In this document: piece after piece, positions 8,253-18,197 of the stretch
How the letters are laid out: every line of letters begins with the position of its first letter
Numbering within the stretch: position 1 is the stretch's first letter
Origin: Bryobacterales bacterium
Lineage (GTDB): Bacteria > Acidobacteriota > Terriglobia > Bryobacterales > UBA6623
NCBI GenBank assembly: GCA_965248255.1
Contig: CBDFIW010000004.1
Span: 578,083-642,082, forward strand
Length of the DNA: 64,000 bases
Direction of reading: 5' to 3'
Position numbers and translations under genes: made by a program
Notes under the pieces: model-generated
Told to the model about the DNA's origin: nothing
The model's input: the letters and a program-made list of their open reading frames with translations, nothing else
Databases searched by the model: none

Positions 8253-11200
8253 TTACCCCAACGGCGCAAAACCCCGGCGCACGGTGTTCTCAACCACGTT
8301 ACGCGGCACCATGAACTGCAGCAGGTAGTCAGGCCCACCCGCTTTCGACCCGACACCCGACATCTTGAAACCGCCAAAGGGATGCCGTCCGACGATCGCT
8401 CCCGTGCAACCGCGGTTGATGCAGAGGTTGCCTACGCGGAAGCGCTTCTTCGCCTTCGCTATGTTCTCCGGGCTCCGCGAGAAGACGCCTCCGGTGAGCG
8501 CGAACTCGGTCGCATTAGCCACATCGAGCGCTTCATCGAAGTCTTTCACCTTCATGATCGAGAGCACCGGCCCAAAAATCTCTTCCTGGGCCAACCGGTG
8601 CTGCGGCTGGATGTCTTGAAAGATGGCCAGGGGAACGAAATGCCCCTGTGGCTGATCCGGAAACCGCTCCGTCACCAATGTGCCCTCTTCCTTCCCCGTC
8701 TGAATGTACCGGCCAATCGCCTCCTTCGCATTCCAGGAGATGACGGCGCCCATCGACGACTGCGGATCTTCGGTCGGACCGAGGTGAAGGCTCTCGGCGG
8801 CCCCCTTGAGCCGCTCGACCAACGTATCGTGGATCGTCTCGAGCACAATCAGCCGCGAGCAGGCCGAACACTTCTGCCCTTGGTACCCGAAAGCGGAGTG
8901 AAGGATCTCCACGATCGCCTCATCCACGTCAGCGTCATCGTCGACGATCATCGCGTTCTTGCCGCCCATCTCCGCTACCACGCGCTTGACGCCCATCGCA
9001 CCGCGAGGCGTTTCGCCGGCCAGGCGCACGATGCGAAGACCCACCTCTTTGCTTCCCGTGAAAGCAATCATTGCAACATCGGGATGAGTAACCAGCAGAT
9101 CGCCGACCTCCCCTCCGGGCCCCGGGACATAGTTCAGCACGCCGTCCGGCAGGCCTGCCTCACGGAACAGGTCATAGAGCATGTACCCGATGACCGGCGC
9201 CTCTGACGAAGGCTTATACACCACGGTGTTGCCCGAGACGATGGCCGCCGAAACCATGCCCGTCGAGATCGCTAAGGGGAAGTTCCACGGCGCAATGACG
9301 GCCGCGACGCCGCGAGGCTCGTAGAAGAGCCGGCTATCTTCGCCGGGTGCGTCGCCCATTCGTTGTGGCCGGCCGAGCCGGACCATCTCGCGGCCGTAGT
9401 ACTCAAGAAAATCAATCGCCTCGCAAACGTCGCCGTCGGCTTCATTCCACGTCTTGCCAACCTCGAAGACTTCGAGCGCCGCCAGATCATAGCGCCGTCG
9501 TCGCGCGGCCTCGGCGGCCTTGAACAGGTACTCGGCCCGCTCTTCGGGGCTCGTATCCCGCCACGGCTCGAAGGCCGCACGGGCCGCCAGGATGGCTTGC
9601 AGCGCGTCATCGGCCCGCGCCGACGCGACCAGACCTACCGCTTCCGCGGGTTGGTTGGGGTTCGTCGACCGGATCGTCCGTCCGCTGACGGCTTCCCGCC
9701 CTCCGATAATCAGAGGCGCCCGCACCGGAAACTGCTGTCGCGTGCTTCGGAGCGCCTCGCTGAAGCGCTCTCGGTTCTCCGCGAGAGACCAGTCGAGCGG
9801 CGGCTCGTTACGAAAACTGCCGTCATGCTCACGGACGAGGTCCGCCTTGGGCTCCGCTTCCGCCGCGCCGTCCATTGTCGGGCCTCCTACGATCATCCCT
9901 CTTTTACTCGCGCCGTTTGGACCGCCAGGCACGCCATGGCCGTTCAGGAACAGTCCCGGATTCTTCAACAGCTCCTCGTGGGACACTGATTCAGCAAAGC
10001 TCTGGCGCAGGAACGACTCGTTGGCCGTGTTCTCCAGCAGCCGTCTCACCAGGTACGCCATCCCCGGAATCAACTCTCCGATCGGAGCGTACAGCCGTAA
10101 TCGCAGACCGGCCTTCTTGAGGGCATTCCGGACCGGCTGCGTCATCCCGTAGAGGATCTGGTACTCGATCCGATCGGCGGGAACATCGAGCTCCTTGGCC
10201 ATCTCGATCACTGAGGCAACCGAGCGGATGTTGTGCGACCCACACGCCAAAGCGACGTATTCGTGGTTCTCTAGAATGCGGCGCGCGACTTTCTCGAAGT
10301 TCGCATCACTTTCGTGCTTGTTGGTGAACACGGGGACCGGCCAACAGTTCTGTCGTGCCGCGATGACTTCGGCATCCCAGTAAGCACCCTTGACCAGCCG
10401 CACCGTGATCCTCTGCTCGCGTTCGCGCGCCCACGAGACTAGATCCGCCACGTCGCCATCGGTGTCGCGCAGGTAGGCCTGCATCGCGATTCCCGTCTGC
10501 GGATAGCCGCGGAACTCGGACTCTTCCATCAAGCTTCGGTAGAGCCCCAGGGTCAGGTCCTTGAGCGCTCGCTGCTCCATGTCGATGTTGACGAACGCCC
10601 CGACCTCCACCGCACGCCGCAGGATGGGACGCAGCCGCTCCTTCGCCCGCCCAATCGAGGATTGGAAGGCGCGGGCGCTGAGCTGCGAGTCCATCGCCGA
10701 GGCCTTGACCGAGATGTTGATCTTGGGCGACGAGCCCCAATCAAGGTCGCCGGCCGCCGGTTTGAGCGCCGTCCATCGCCTCTGCTCCCGATCGAGAGCC
10801 TCCATCAGCATCAAGTAACGCTTTAGATACTGGTCGGCTTCTCCCTCAGAAACCACGACTTCACCAAGGAGATCGATGGTGAAGGCAAATCCCTTCCTGC
10901 GGAGCTTTCTGAGTTCAGGCAGAGCCTCCTCGGGAGTTTTGCCCACGATGAACTGCCGCCCCATGCTCTCGATGTTCTTCGCAACACCCTTGGCGAGCAG
11001 CTTGGCCGCGACCGAGCGGGGAGCCACCGACTTAAGGCCCCACTGCAGCGCCCCGGGGAAGTTCTGGTCCGGCCGCGCAAAGTACTCACGCAGATGGGTG
11101 GCGACGGCGTGCGGCTCGCCGAGAGCGGGAAAGACATCCACGAACCGGAACATCTCGACCTTGAAGTCCTCGTCATGCATGCACCAATCCATGACCTTGC

Positions 11201-11303
11201 CGGTCCAGTAGTCCTTGCGGAAAACGGACGACGATTTCTCTTCGATCAGGCTATATAGCTGCCGCCCTCGCTGGACGATGCGTGTTTCGAGATCAGAGAC
11301 CAT
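8253..11303 (-). CDS. putA: Bifunctional proline dehydrogenase / L-glutamate gamma-semialdehyde (P5C) dehydrogenase, short-type PutA
   Basis: 1016 aa. PRODH motifs (VRLVKGAYWD, HNIRS, YLVRRLLENTAN) and ALDH motifs (PWNFP, FTGS, EMGGKN, FGYQGQKCSACS, EEIFGP). Confidence 0.96.
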   Translation of the reverse strand: MVSDLETRIVQRGRQLYSLIEEKSSSVFRKDYWTGKVMDWCMHDEDFKVEMFRFVDVFPALGEPHAVATHLREYFARPDQNFPGALQWGLKSVAPRSVAAKLLAKGVAKNIESMGRQFIVGKTPEEALPELRKLRRKGFAFTIDLLGEVVVSEGEADQYLKRYLMLMEALDREQRRWTALKPAAGDLDWGSSPKINISVKASAMDSQLSARAFQSSIGRAKERLRPILRRAVEVGAFVNIDMEQRALKDLTLGLYRSLMEESEFRGYPQTGIAMQAYLRDTDGDVADLVSWAREREQRITVRLVKGAYWDAEVIAARQNCWPVPVFTNKHESDANFEKVARRILENHEYVALACGSHNIRSVASVIEMAKELDVPADRIEYQILYGMTQPVRNALKKAGLRLRLYAPIGELIPGMAYLVRRLLENTANESFLRQSFAESVSHEELLKNPGLFLNGHGVPGGPNGASKRGMIVGGPTMDGAAEAEPKADLVREHDGSFRNEPPLDWSLAENRERFSEALRSTRQQFPVRAPLIIGGREAVSGRTIRSTNPNQPAEAVGLVASARADDALQAILAARAAFEPWRDTSPEERAEYLFKAAEAARRRRYDLAALEVFEVGKTWNEADGDVCEAIDFLEYYGREMVRLGRPQRMGDAPGEDSRLFYEPRGVAAVIAPWNFPLAISTGMVSAAIVSGNTVVYKPSSEAPVIGYMLYDLFREAGLPDGVLNYVPGPGGEVGDLLVTHPDVAMIAFTGSKEVGLRIVRLAGETPRGAMGVKRVVAEMGGKNAMIVDDDADVDEAIVEILHSAFGYQGQKCSACSRLIVLETIHDTLVERLKGAAESLHLGPTEDPQSSMGAVISWNAKEAIGRYIQTGKEEGTLVTERFPDQPQGHFVPLAIFQDIQPQHRLAQEEIFGPVLSIMKVKDFDEALDVANATEFALTGGVFSRSPENIAKAKKRFRVGNLCINRGCTGAIVGRHPFGGFKMSGVGSKAGGPDYLLQFMVPRNVVENTVRRGFAPLG

Positions 11304-11377
11304 GGCAGCCTCCTCGGAGACGCGACGAGCGCGTGCTCGTCGTCTACTTCCCCTATCGTGTTAGACGTGCCAGCCCC

Positions 11378-12451
11378 TTAAGTTTGTTTCGCCGGGTTGG
11401 AGGTTTCGCGGCTGGAGATTTCCGGGGGCTGCGCGACGCCGACGCCAAGTTCCGCGCTCGCCGGCGCTTGTTCCAGGAGGTCGCTCTTGCCCCCTCGACG
11501 GTAGATGAACACGTAAACGCCACCCAATAGAGCGAGCAAGAACACGACGTCGGCGACACCGACATACCCGGGCGGGCCTACCAGCCAATGCGGAACTGTC
11601 ACTTCTACTTCAAAGAAAGCCGGAAGACCGATTTCGGGATCGCTGAACAGACTTATGCCCGCCCAATCATAGGCGGCGTGAAACGATATGGGCAGCCAGA
11701 GAGACCCCGTCCCATACCGAAGAAGAGCAAAGATGACACCCACTGACAGCATCGCAACAATACCGAGAGGCTCGTGCATGTTGCCCCCGCCCAGGTGGAC
11801 CATCCAGAACAGGACCGACGTAATCACGATGGCCGCTACGCGCCCACGCCATTCCTCGGCGGTTTGCATCAGGTAGCCGCGAAAGACGAACTCCTCGGTA
11901 AACCCGATCAGTGGGTAGATCAGCAAGGTAGCCAGAACCCACCAGGCCATGGAAAAAGGCGTCGCCGTAAAGCGCCCCCAGCCAAGCGCGGCGTACGTGA
12001 GACAGATCACCGCAACGAATCCGACCCCGAGAAGCGTGCCGAGCAATCCGTTTCGCCCCAGTCCGCTCGAAGGTAGACCGAAATCGGATACCCTTCGGCG
12101 ATCGACAACCCAGACAAACAGACAGGTCATCAGGACCAGAGCAGGATACCCAATGAGGACCGAAACCGTAGTGATTAGACCGTTCTCACTCTCGGTGAGC
12201 TGCTCACCCCCAAGAAGCCGCTCCACGGACGCCACCTCGCCGGATGCTACCACCCCCCAGAACGCCACAATCAACAAAGTCGGTACCAGCGCAACCAAGG
12301 TGGTCGCCACACACGCGAAGATATACAGCACCAACCGTGCCCGCGGCGACAGCCTGGGCCCCGGCGGCTCTCTCTGCGGAACCTGCGGGAGCCCCGCCAC
12401 AGGGGAGGGCGGAAGAGGCGTGTAGGGTTGCTGCCCTTCGAGGCTATCCAT
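11378..12451 (-). CDS. CPBP (CAAX/Abi) family intramembrane metalloprotease
   Basis: EEFVFRGY, FWMVH and HAAYD motifs with multiple TM helices. Confidence 0.9.
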   Translation of the reverse strand: MDSLEGQQPYTPLPPSPVAGLPQVPQREPPGPRLSPRARLVLYIFACVATTLVALVPTLLIVAFWGVVASGEVASVERLLGGEQLTESENGLITTVSVLIGYPALVLMTCLFVWVVDRRRVSDFGLPSSGLGRNGLLGTLLGVGFVAVICLTYAALGWGRFTATPFSMAWWVLATLLIYPLIGFTEEFVFRGYLMQTAEEWRGRVAAIVITSVLFWMVHLGGGNMHEPLGIVAMLSVGVIFALLRYGTGSLWLPISFHAAYDWAGISLFSDPEIGLPAFFEVEVTVPHWLVGPPGYVGVADVVFLLALLGGVYVFIYRRGGKSDLLEQAPASAELGVGVAQPPEISSRETSNPAKQT

Positions 12452-12595
12452 GAGATTCGATCCAGTGTACTCCTCTCGTATCGCAACCCTGTACCTTCGA
12501 CCCCGCACTAGCCATCTAACTAGAAGCAACTGTACAGCGCTATCCGACTACGGACGATCTCCACGCTAGAGTCGCCCGTGCCGCAGCGAAAACCC

Positions 12596-13518
12596 ATGCA
12601 CGCCAAGCCCGTCCGCATTCTCGGCATCCCGCTAGACCTCGGCCAGCAGCGCCGCGGCGTCGACATGGGGCCTTCGGCCCTTCGCGCGGCCGGCTTGCAG
12701 GCGGGGCTTCGCGCCATGCGCCATGGGACGCGAGGTGGAGGACTCAGGCGACCTACCGGTCGTCATACCCGAAACCCAGTCGGTCATGGACGACCGCGCA
12801 CGTTACCTCGATGAGATCGCCTCCGTTTGCCGCGCCACGGCCGAAAGAGTTTCGCGGACCCTCATCGAAGGCCAACTTCCCGTGGTGATCGGAGGTGATC
12901 ACTCGATCGCCGTCGGCACGTTGGCGGGAGTCGCCCAGGTAGTCGGGCAACAAAACCGTGACATCGGCCTCATCTGGCTCGATGCGCATGGCGATATGAA
13001 CACTCTCGATACGACGCCGAGCGGCAACATGCACGGCATGGGTTTGGCTTGCGCCATCGGCCTCGGTCCCGGCCGCCTTGGCCGGATTAGCCGGCGAGCC
13101 CCCGATCGTCGCGCCGGCGCATGTAGGGTTGGTGGGCGTGCGAGACCTCGACCCCGGCGAGAAATGCAACCTTCGCGACTCCGGCATACACGTGTTCACG
13201 ATGCGAGACATCGACGAGCACGGCATGCGGAACGTTGTCGAGCAGGCCATCGCCGTCGCCTCCAGCGGCACGGCGGGATTCCATGTCAGCCTTGACATGG
13301 GCGTGGTCGACCCCACAGAGGCCCCTGGCGTCGGCACCCCCTGCCCCGGCGACATCAGCTATCGCGAAGCACACCTAGCGATGGAGATGATCGCCGATTC
13401 GGGCTCGATGCTGTCCTTCGAAGTCGTCGAGGTGAACCCCATCCTCGACACTGCGAATCGAACGGGCTTGCTGGCCGTCGAGCTGGCCCTGTCCGCGTTT
13501 GGCAAGCAGATCGTGTAA
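12596..13518 (+). pseudogene. rocF: Arginase, disrupted by two frameshifts
   Basis: Motifs [15 protein letters not shown] and DAHGDMN are spread over three frames. 7-bp tandem duplication gcgccat at 12711-12724; extra G near 13080; SxDxD metal motif reads SLDMG. Confidence 0.88.
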
Positions 13519-13570
13519 TAGCGGCCCGCGACTTACAACCGGCAAGCCAGAGTTCCTGTGGCGTAGGCCT

Positions 13571-13628
13571 CCAGGCTTGCCCGTGAGAATGGCGACTGAC
13601 CGATTCCTCGGTTCTCAGGTCCGCGAAC
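13571..13628 (+). repeat. ~58-bp dispersed repeat, copy 2
   Basis: Near-identical to 8146-8205. Confidence 0.85.
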
Positions 13629-14261
13629 CCACACACTCGCGGTAGAGATCCCATCCCCACCCGATTCGGAGCCGCGGACGGGAGTCCGCGGTCGAGCACT
13701 CCGGAACAGCAACCAAGCCCCCTGGTTCCCCAACGCGCCCCGATGTCCGACCACTCGACGCAGCAGCAACCAACGCGTGGAACACCTCGACCGCGGGCTC
13801 CCGCCCGCGGCTCTGACTCCTCGGGCCGCTACAGCATCGTTCGCGTAGGGGCGCAATGTCTCCGCCCCCTCCCACGCGATCACAGAAATTTCGACTTTAT
13901 AATCCACTGCTATTCAATAACTTGCCTGTTCACAGCCTCTTCACCCTTGCGCCCGGATGTTACCCTGCAAATGGGGATGGGTAACACGGTTACCTGCCCT
14001 CACGCGTTGACGTTCTCGAGGCCTCGAGCAAACGCAGGTGTACTGGCGGCTCCGTTCCCAAACCGGACCGGAGCTAGACGGCCCAAAGTCGGAGAGAGGG
14101 CCGCGACGCCCCGGAATCGATTCCGGCAAGGAAGGAATTGTAGGATGACGAGCGCAGACGGTTGTCTTTGGAAAGCTTCGGCGACAAACCCAAAGCCCCG
14201 ACGCAAAAGGGGCCGGTAGGCCAAGCCGGGGCCTTCTCTCGCAGCTGTCCCGGTGGCGCTC

Positions 14262-14293
14262 GGGAGGCTCCGTTCATCGCAACGGAGCCTCCC
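14262..14293. other. Perfect 13-bp hairpin, terminator-like but without a U-tract
   Basis: gggaggctccgtt-catcgc-aacggagcctccc, lying between convergent genes. Confidence 0.5.
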
Positions 14294-14577
14294 GGGGCAA
14301 CAATCCGGAACAAGCCTCGCCGTACAGGATAAGTGTCTCTCCAACCGAGCCTTCGATCTCTAACTGTGGCGCAGACGCCTACGTCTGCCGCACCGAGACT
14401 CCCGTCGATGCTTGGTCTTGGCCTGGCACTCGGGGGCAGCTGAACCCTGTGTCGGTAAGAGTACCAACACGGCAGTTCTAGGGACCCGCGCTGCATCTCC
14501 CCCGAGCACTCCTTCAAGAAGTGGCACTCTTGTTAGCCCTCAATTCGGTCAGATGCCCAGAGCACCCAGTCGAACCG

Positions 14578-16605
14578 CTATCGCCGCCTCGACCGCGTCG
14601 GGATGAGCCATTGGGCGATCTCTTCGTCCGAGAGCACGGGCTCCTGGATCTGAAGGTTGCTCTCTGCCCCCGCCGCGGCGAAACTGTCCCGCACCCAGCC
14701 GCTCGGGAAGGAGCCCGCGACATTGTGCAGCAACGTGCGGTCAGAGGGTAAGAGCGTGGCCACGGCACGAAAGTCCCCCGCCTTTCGCAGGCCGGGAATG
14801 AAGAAGTGACGCTCGAACTCCGCGTCCGAGCTCGCATCGAACAATGCCAGGTCTGATACAAGCCTCACCGGCCCGTCCGCCAGCGCCCGCGCGAATACGC
14901 ACCACAGTCCCCCGCCCTTCATTCCAACGAGGTTGATCGCATCCGAGCCCGTTTTCTTCCGCAGATAGCTGATGGCCGTAAGGACGTCCTGGATGCGGTT
15001 GGCATCGTCGGTACGGTTGAAGGTTGTGAAATAACGATGGCCGGTGCCCTTGTCGGAGGTGTCTCGAGCAACCTTGGCGCGCCCCATCTGAAAGGCGTCA
15101 ATGCCCATCACCATCCCGCCTCGGCCAAGCAACCGCTGCACCAACCCGTCACGGCTCTCCGACGAACTCAGCAGCCAGGCCGAACCCTCCGGATGCACGA
15201 TCAGCGTCGGAAGCACGCCGGCGCGGGACCTCCGCGGCAGCAGCAACACCGCGGGCACTCGATCGCCCTTGCCCCGCCGGCCGATGGCAAACATCTCACC
15301 GTTGGGCAACTCCTCCAGCGTCTCCGAAAGCACGCTGTCCGCTTCCGGCGGCTCCGCCATGATGGAGAAGCGAAGCCTTTCGCGGAAGGCCTGCTGCGCT
15401 TTGCCGAGCGTCGCCGCGTCTCGCGGCCGAAGCGAGGCAATGTTCTTCTCCGTCTCGCCGATGAAATACCGAATCAGCCCCGCCTGATCGACGGCGTGCG
15501 CGGGCAGCTCGCGTCCCCACAGGCTCATCAGACTACTCAGCTGCGGAACGGGAAAGTTCCCCTCTTTAAAGTGCGAGGGGTCCGCGTCATGCAAGACCTT
15601 CTTCCCGAAGAAGGCATAGACAGCCTCGCGGCTCCGCTGGTTGTAGTTGTGAGGCGCGTCGATCTGGACCTGCTCGAGCTGCGGCTCGGCGTCGAACAAA
15701 CGATAGACGCTTCGAATGGCCGGATACTCCTCGGCGGGCGTGTTGCGCGTCCAGTCACCCGTGGCCGAAATCATCATCATCGGACGCGGCGCCATGAGCG
15801 CGCCGATCTCGACATTGAAGGTGTCGATGCGCAGGTTGGGTACGTTCTCGCAAACCGAGCCGCCCTGCATGATGCCCGAGATCATGTTCACCGGGGAGGA
15901 GAACTTGATGCGATCGTCGATCGCCTGCAGCACAAAGGTTTGGGTTCCGCCGCCCGACGCGCCGGTCGCGCCGATGCGCTCGGGATCGACGTCCGACAGA
16001 GACGCCACAAAGTCCGTCGCCCGGATGCTGTTCCACGTCTGCAGCCCGAGCATGCCAATGCCCCATAGCTGTTCGCGCGGCCCCTCGAACCCATGGGGAA
16101 GCTGCATCGTGTCGTTGTAGCCGATCATGTCGTAGGTGAAAACGACGAAGCCCTGCCGCGCCAAACTGATGCCGCGAGCCGGCACCGAGCCGCGCTCGGA
16201 GTTTTCAAGCCGTCCGTAGCGCCAGTGCCCGTGCGGCGACACCACAGCCGGGAACGGCCCCTGCCGACCGCTCGGACGATACAAGTTGCCGCCCAGGAAG
16301 AAGCCGGGGTGGGTCTCGAGCAGCACTTTTTCGATCGTGTAGTCCTCACCCTCAACCTTGTCGAAGACCTGCGGATTCAGTGCCGTCTTGGGTGGCAAGG
16401 GCATCAGCCCCGACGCCGACAAGATCTGTTTCCGTAGAAACGCTGCCCGCCGCTGCCACGACCCGAGGTCGTTGTACTCGGTCATCGTGAAGTGCGTATT
16501 GGTAAGGGGGGTCTCCCGATTGCGGCGATCGTCGCTCGGGATGTCGGTCGCGAGCCCGATTCGTCCCGCGGCCAAAGCCAGTATCAACAGAGCAACAATT
16601 CTCAT
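14578..16605 (-). CDS. Secreted alpha/beta-hydrolase (acetylxylan esterase/dienelactone hydrolase-like), two-domain
   Basis: Signal peptide, LSPHGHW, nucleophile elbow GASGGG and DAPHNY. Confidence 0.85.
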   Translation of the reverse strand: MRIVALLILALAAGRIGLATDIPSDDRRNRETPLTNTHFTMTEYNDLGSWQRRAAFLRKQILSASGLMPLPPKTALNPQVFDKVEGEDYTIEKVLLETHPGFFLGGNLYRPSGRQGPFPAVVSPHGHWRYGRLENSERGSVPARGISLARQGFVVFTYDMIGYNDTMQLPHGFEGPREQLWGIGMLGLQTWNSIRATDFVASLSDVDPERIGATGASGGGTQTFVLQAIDDRIKFSSPVNMISGIMQGGSVCENVPNLRIDTFNVEIGALMAPRPMMMISATGDWTRNTPAEEYPAIRSVYRLFDAEPQLEQVQIDAPHNYNQRSREAVYAFFGKKVLHDADPSHFKEGNFPVPQLSSLMSLWGRELPAHAVDQAGLIRYFIGETEKNIASLRPRDAATLGKAQQAFRERLRFSIMAEPPEADSVLSETLEELPNGEMFAIGRRGKGDRVPAVLLLPRRSRAGVLPTLIVHPEGSAWLLSSSESRDGLVQRLLGRGGMVMGIDAFQMGRAKVARDTSDKGTGHRYFTTFNRTDDANRIQDVLTAISYLRKKTGSDAINLVGMKGGGLWCVFARALADGPVRLVSDLALFDASSDAEFERHFFIPGLRKAGDFRAVATLLPSDRTLLHNVAGSFPSGWVRDSFAAAGAESNLQIQEPVLSDEEIAQWLIPTRSRRR

Positions 16606-16621
16606 AGGCAAAGATTGTATC

Positions 16622-17269
16622 TCACGCCACCACATTCCGCTCCACCCAATCAGCGAACTCCCTCGTCATCCGAAAGGTTTCGAGCGGATTCAGCGCCTCC
16701 AGGGCCGAATAGTCCGACGTCCCGGCCCAGGCCACTCCCAGCGCCACGGCGCCAATCTCGTGCGCAGAGCGGATGTCGGAAGGCGCATCTCCAACACAGG
16801 CTACCTCGGACGCATCGAGTCCCCAGCCGGCCAGCACCCGGCGCATGCACTCGGGTTTGACGCCGCCCCGCGGCGACCCTGCCTCGATCGGGCTGAACAC
16901 CCCCTCCAAGCCCATCTCGCGAAGAGATATCTCTGCGCTACCAGGCCCCTTGCCGGTGACAACTCCCAGCTTCACTTGATTACGCCGCAAGCGATGGAGC
17001 ACGTCCTCGACGCCCGGAAAAGGCGTGGGGCAAATATCGTGCGCGGCAGTATACTCCCGCAAGTACATCCGCAGCGCCTGCTCCCAATCATCGGGAACCA
17101 ACTCCTGGAAGATGCCCTCTTCGGTCGGCCCGAACATAGCGCGGATCTCGGAGTCGCCGTAGTGCCGGCCCATGTAGTGTCGGAGCGTAACTCGAAAGGC
17201 AGCGAAGCAAATAGGCAGCGTGTCGCCCAGCGTCCCGTCGAGGTCAAAGATCACTCCCTTGATTCGCAT
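16622..17269 (-). CDS. HAD-superfamily hydrolase (phosphoglycolate phosphatase-like)
   Basis: Motifs FDLDGTL, VVTGK, KP and VGDAPSDI. Confidence 0.9.
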   Translation of the reverse strand: MRIKGVIFDLDGTLGDTLPICFAAFRVTLRHYMGRHYGDSEIRAMFGPTEEGIFQELVPDDWEQALRMYLREYTAAHDICPTPFPGVEDVLHRLRRNQVKLGVVTGKGPGSAEISLREMGLEGVFSPIEAGSPRGGVKPECMRRVLAGWGLDASEVACVGDAPSDIRSAHEIGAVALGVAWAGTSDYSALEALNPLETFRMTREFADWVERNVVA

Positions 17270-17617
17270 GGAGGCTGTTGACCGGCGGCAGGTCACCTCC
17301 GGCACGATTCGAACTATTCTCGCGCGCCCGCAGGCCGGAAAGCGAGCGGAGACGCCGAAGGATCTCCTGCCTCCAGCGAGGCCATCACCGATGTACGTCA
17401 GGCGCGCGCGTGTCCATCCCCGGCTACATGGCCGACTACTGATGTCCATGAATGAATACAGTGAAGAGACACGAACAACCGGCGCTCCGTGGTGCGGCGA
17501 ATCGACGTAAGTCTCTTCTGTGCAACTATTTAACTCCACCCTTTATGGGGTACTCGCCGTATTGGCCCATCCGTTGCTTACAGGATAGGAGGAAATCAAG
17601 GAAACGGGAGAAAGAAC

Positions 17618-18073
17618 ATGAAGATCCAGACTTTGGCACTCGTGCTATTCGGCACGCTGCTGGCGTCGTCGGCGGCCCAGGGGACTGCCATCACGGTCAG
17701 CAACGTGAAGATGAAAACGCAAGACGGACTGAAGGTCAAACAGATCAAGGTGCGCCTTCGGTTCGAGCACGACCGGCTGGAGATCTACACCGCCCGCCGT
17801 GGCCAAGCGACTCTACTTAAACAACTGCCTTATGCCGACATCGCAGCCGCAAACTATGCCGCGTTCGGCGCTGGAGTCCCTGGGCTTGGATTCTTGAGCA
17901 GCGGCCGAAAGCACTGGCTGACGATTCGATGCGGGTCCGAAACGGCCCTCCTGATGCTTGATAAGAGCAACCACGAGGAAATCCGCCAACAGTTCCGTGA
18001 CCGCGCGGGTGTGGCGGTCCGTCACGTCAAGCCCCAGTCCAGTCGCTCCTTCCACGTCCCCGCTTCGCTGTAA
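17618..18073 (+). CDS. Hypothetical secreted protein
   Basis: 151 aa with a signal peptide and GGAGAA RBS. Confidence 0.7.
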   Translation: MKIQTLALVLFGTLLASSAAQGTAITVSNVKMKTQDGLKVKQIKVRLRFEHDRLEIYTARRGQATLLKQLPYADIAAANYAAFGAGVPGLGFLSSGRKHWLTIRCGSETALLMLDKSNHEEIRQQFRDRAGVAVRHVKPQSSRSFHVPASL

Positions 18074-18197
18074 ACCAGAGAACGAAAGCTTCTATCCCAA
18101 CAAAGTAGCGTAAGACTCTAGGCCTTCCGAGAACCGATTCGTCGGTTCCCAGGACCACGATCGAGTCAATCTGTCCCACGCACTCAGCGACTGCGGC

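Noticed and set aside
14175-14240. c-di-GMP-I riboswitch (GACAAACC...GACGCAAA)
   Set aside because: The GNRA-capped P2 hairpin and its closing GG are missing, and there is no downstream gene on that strand.
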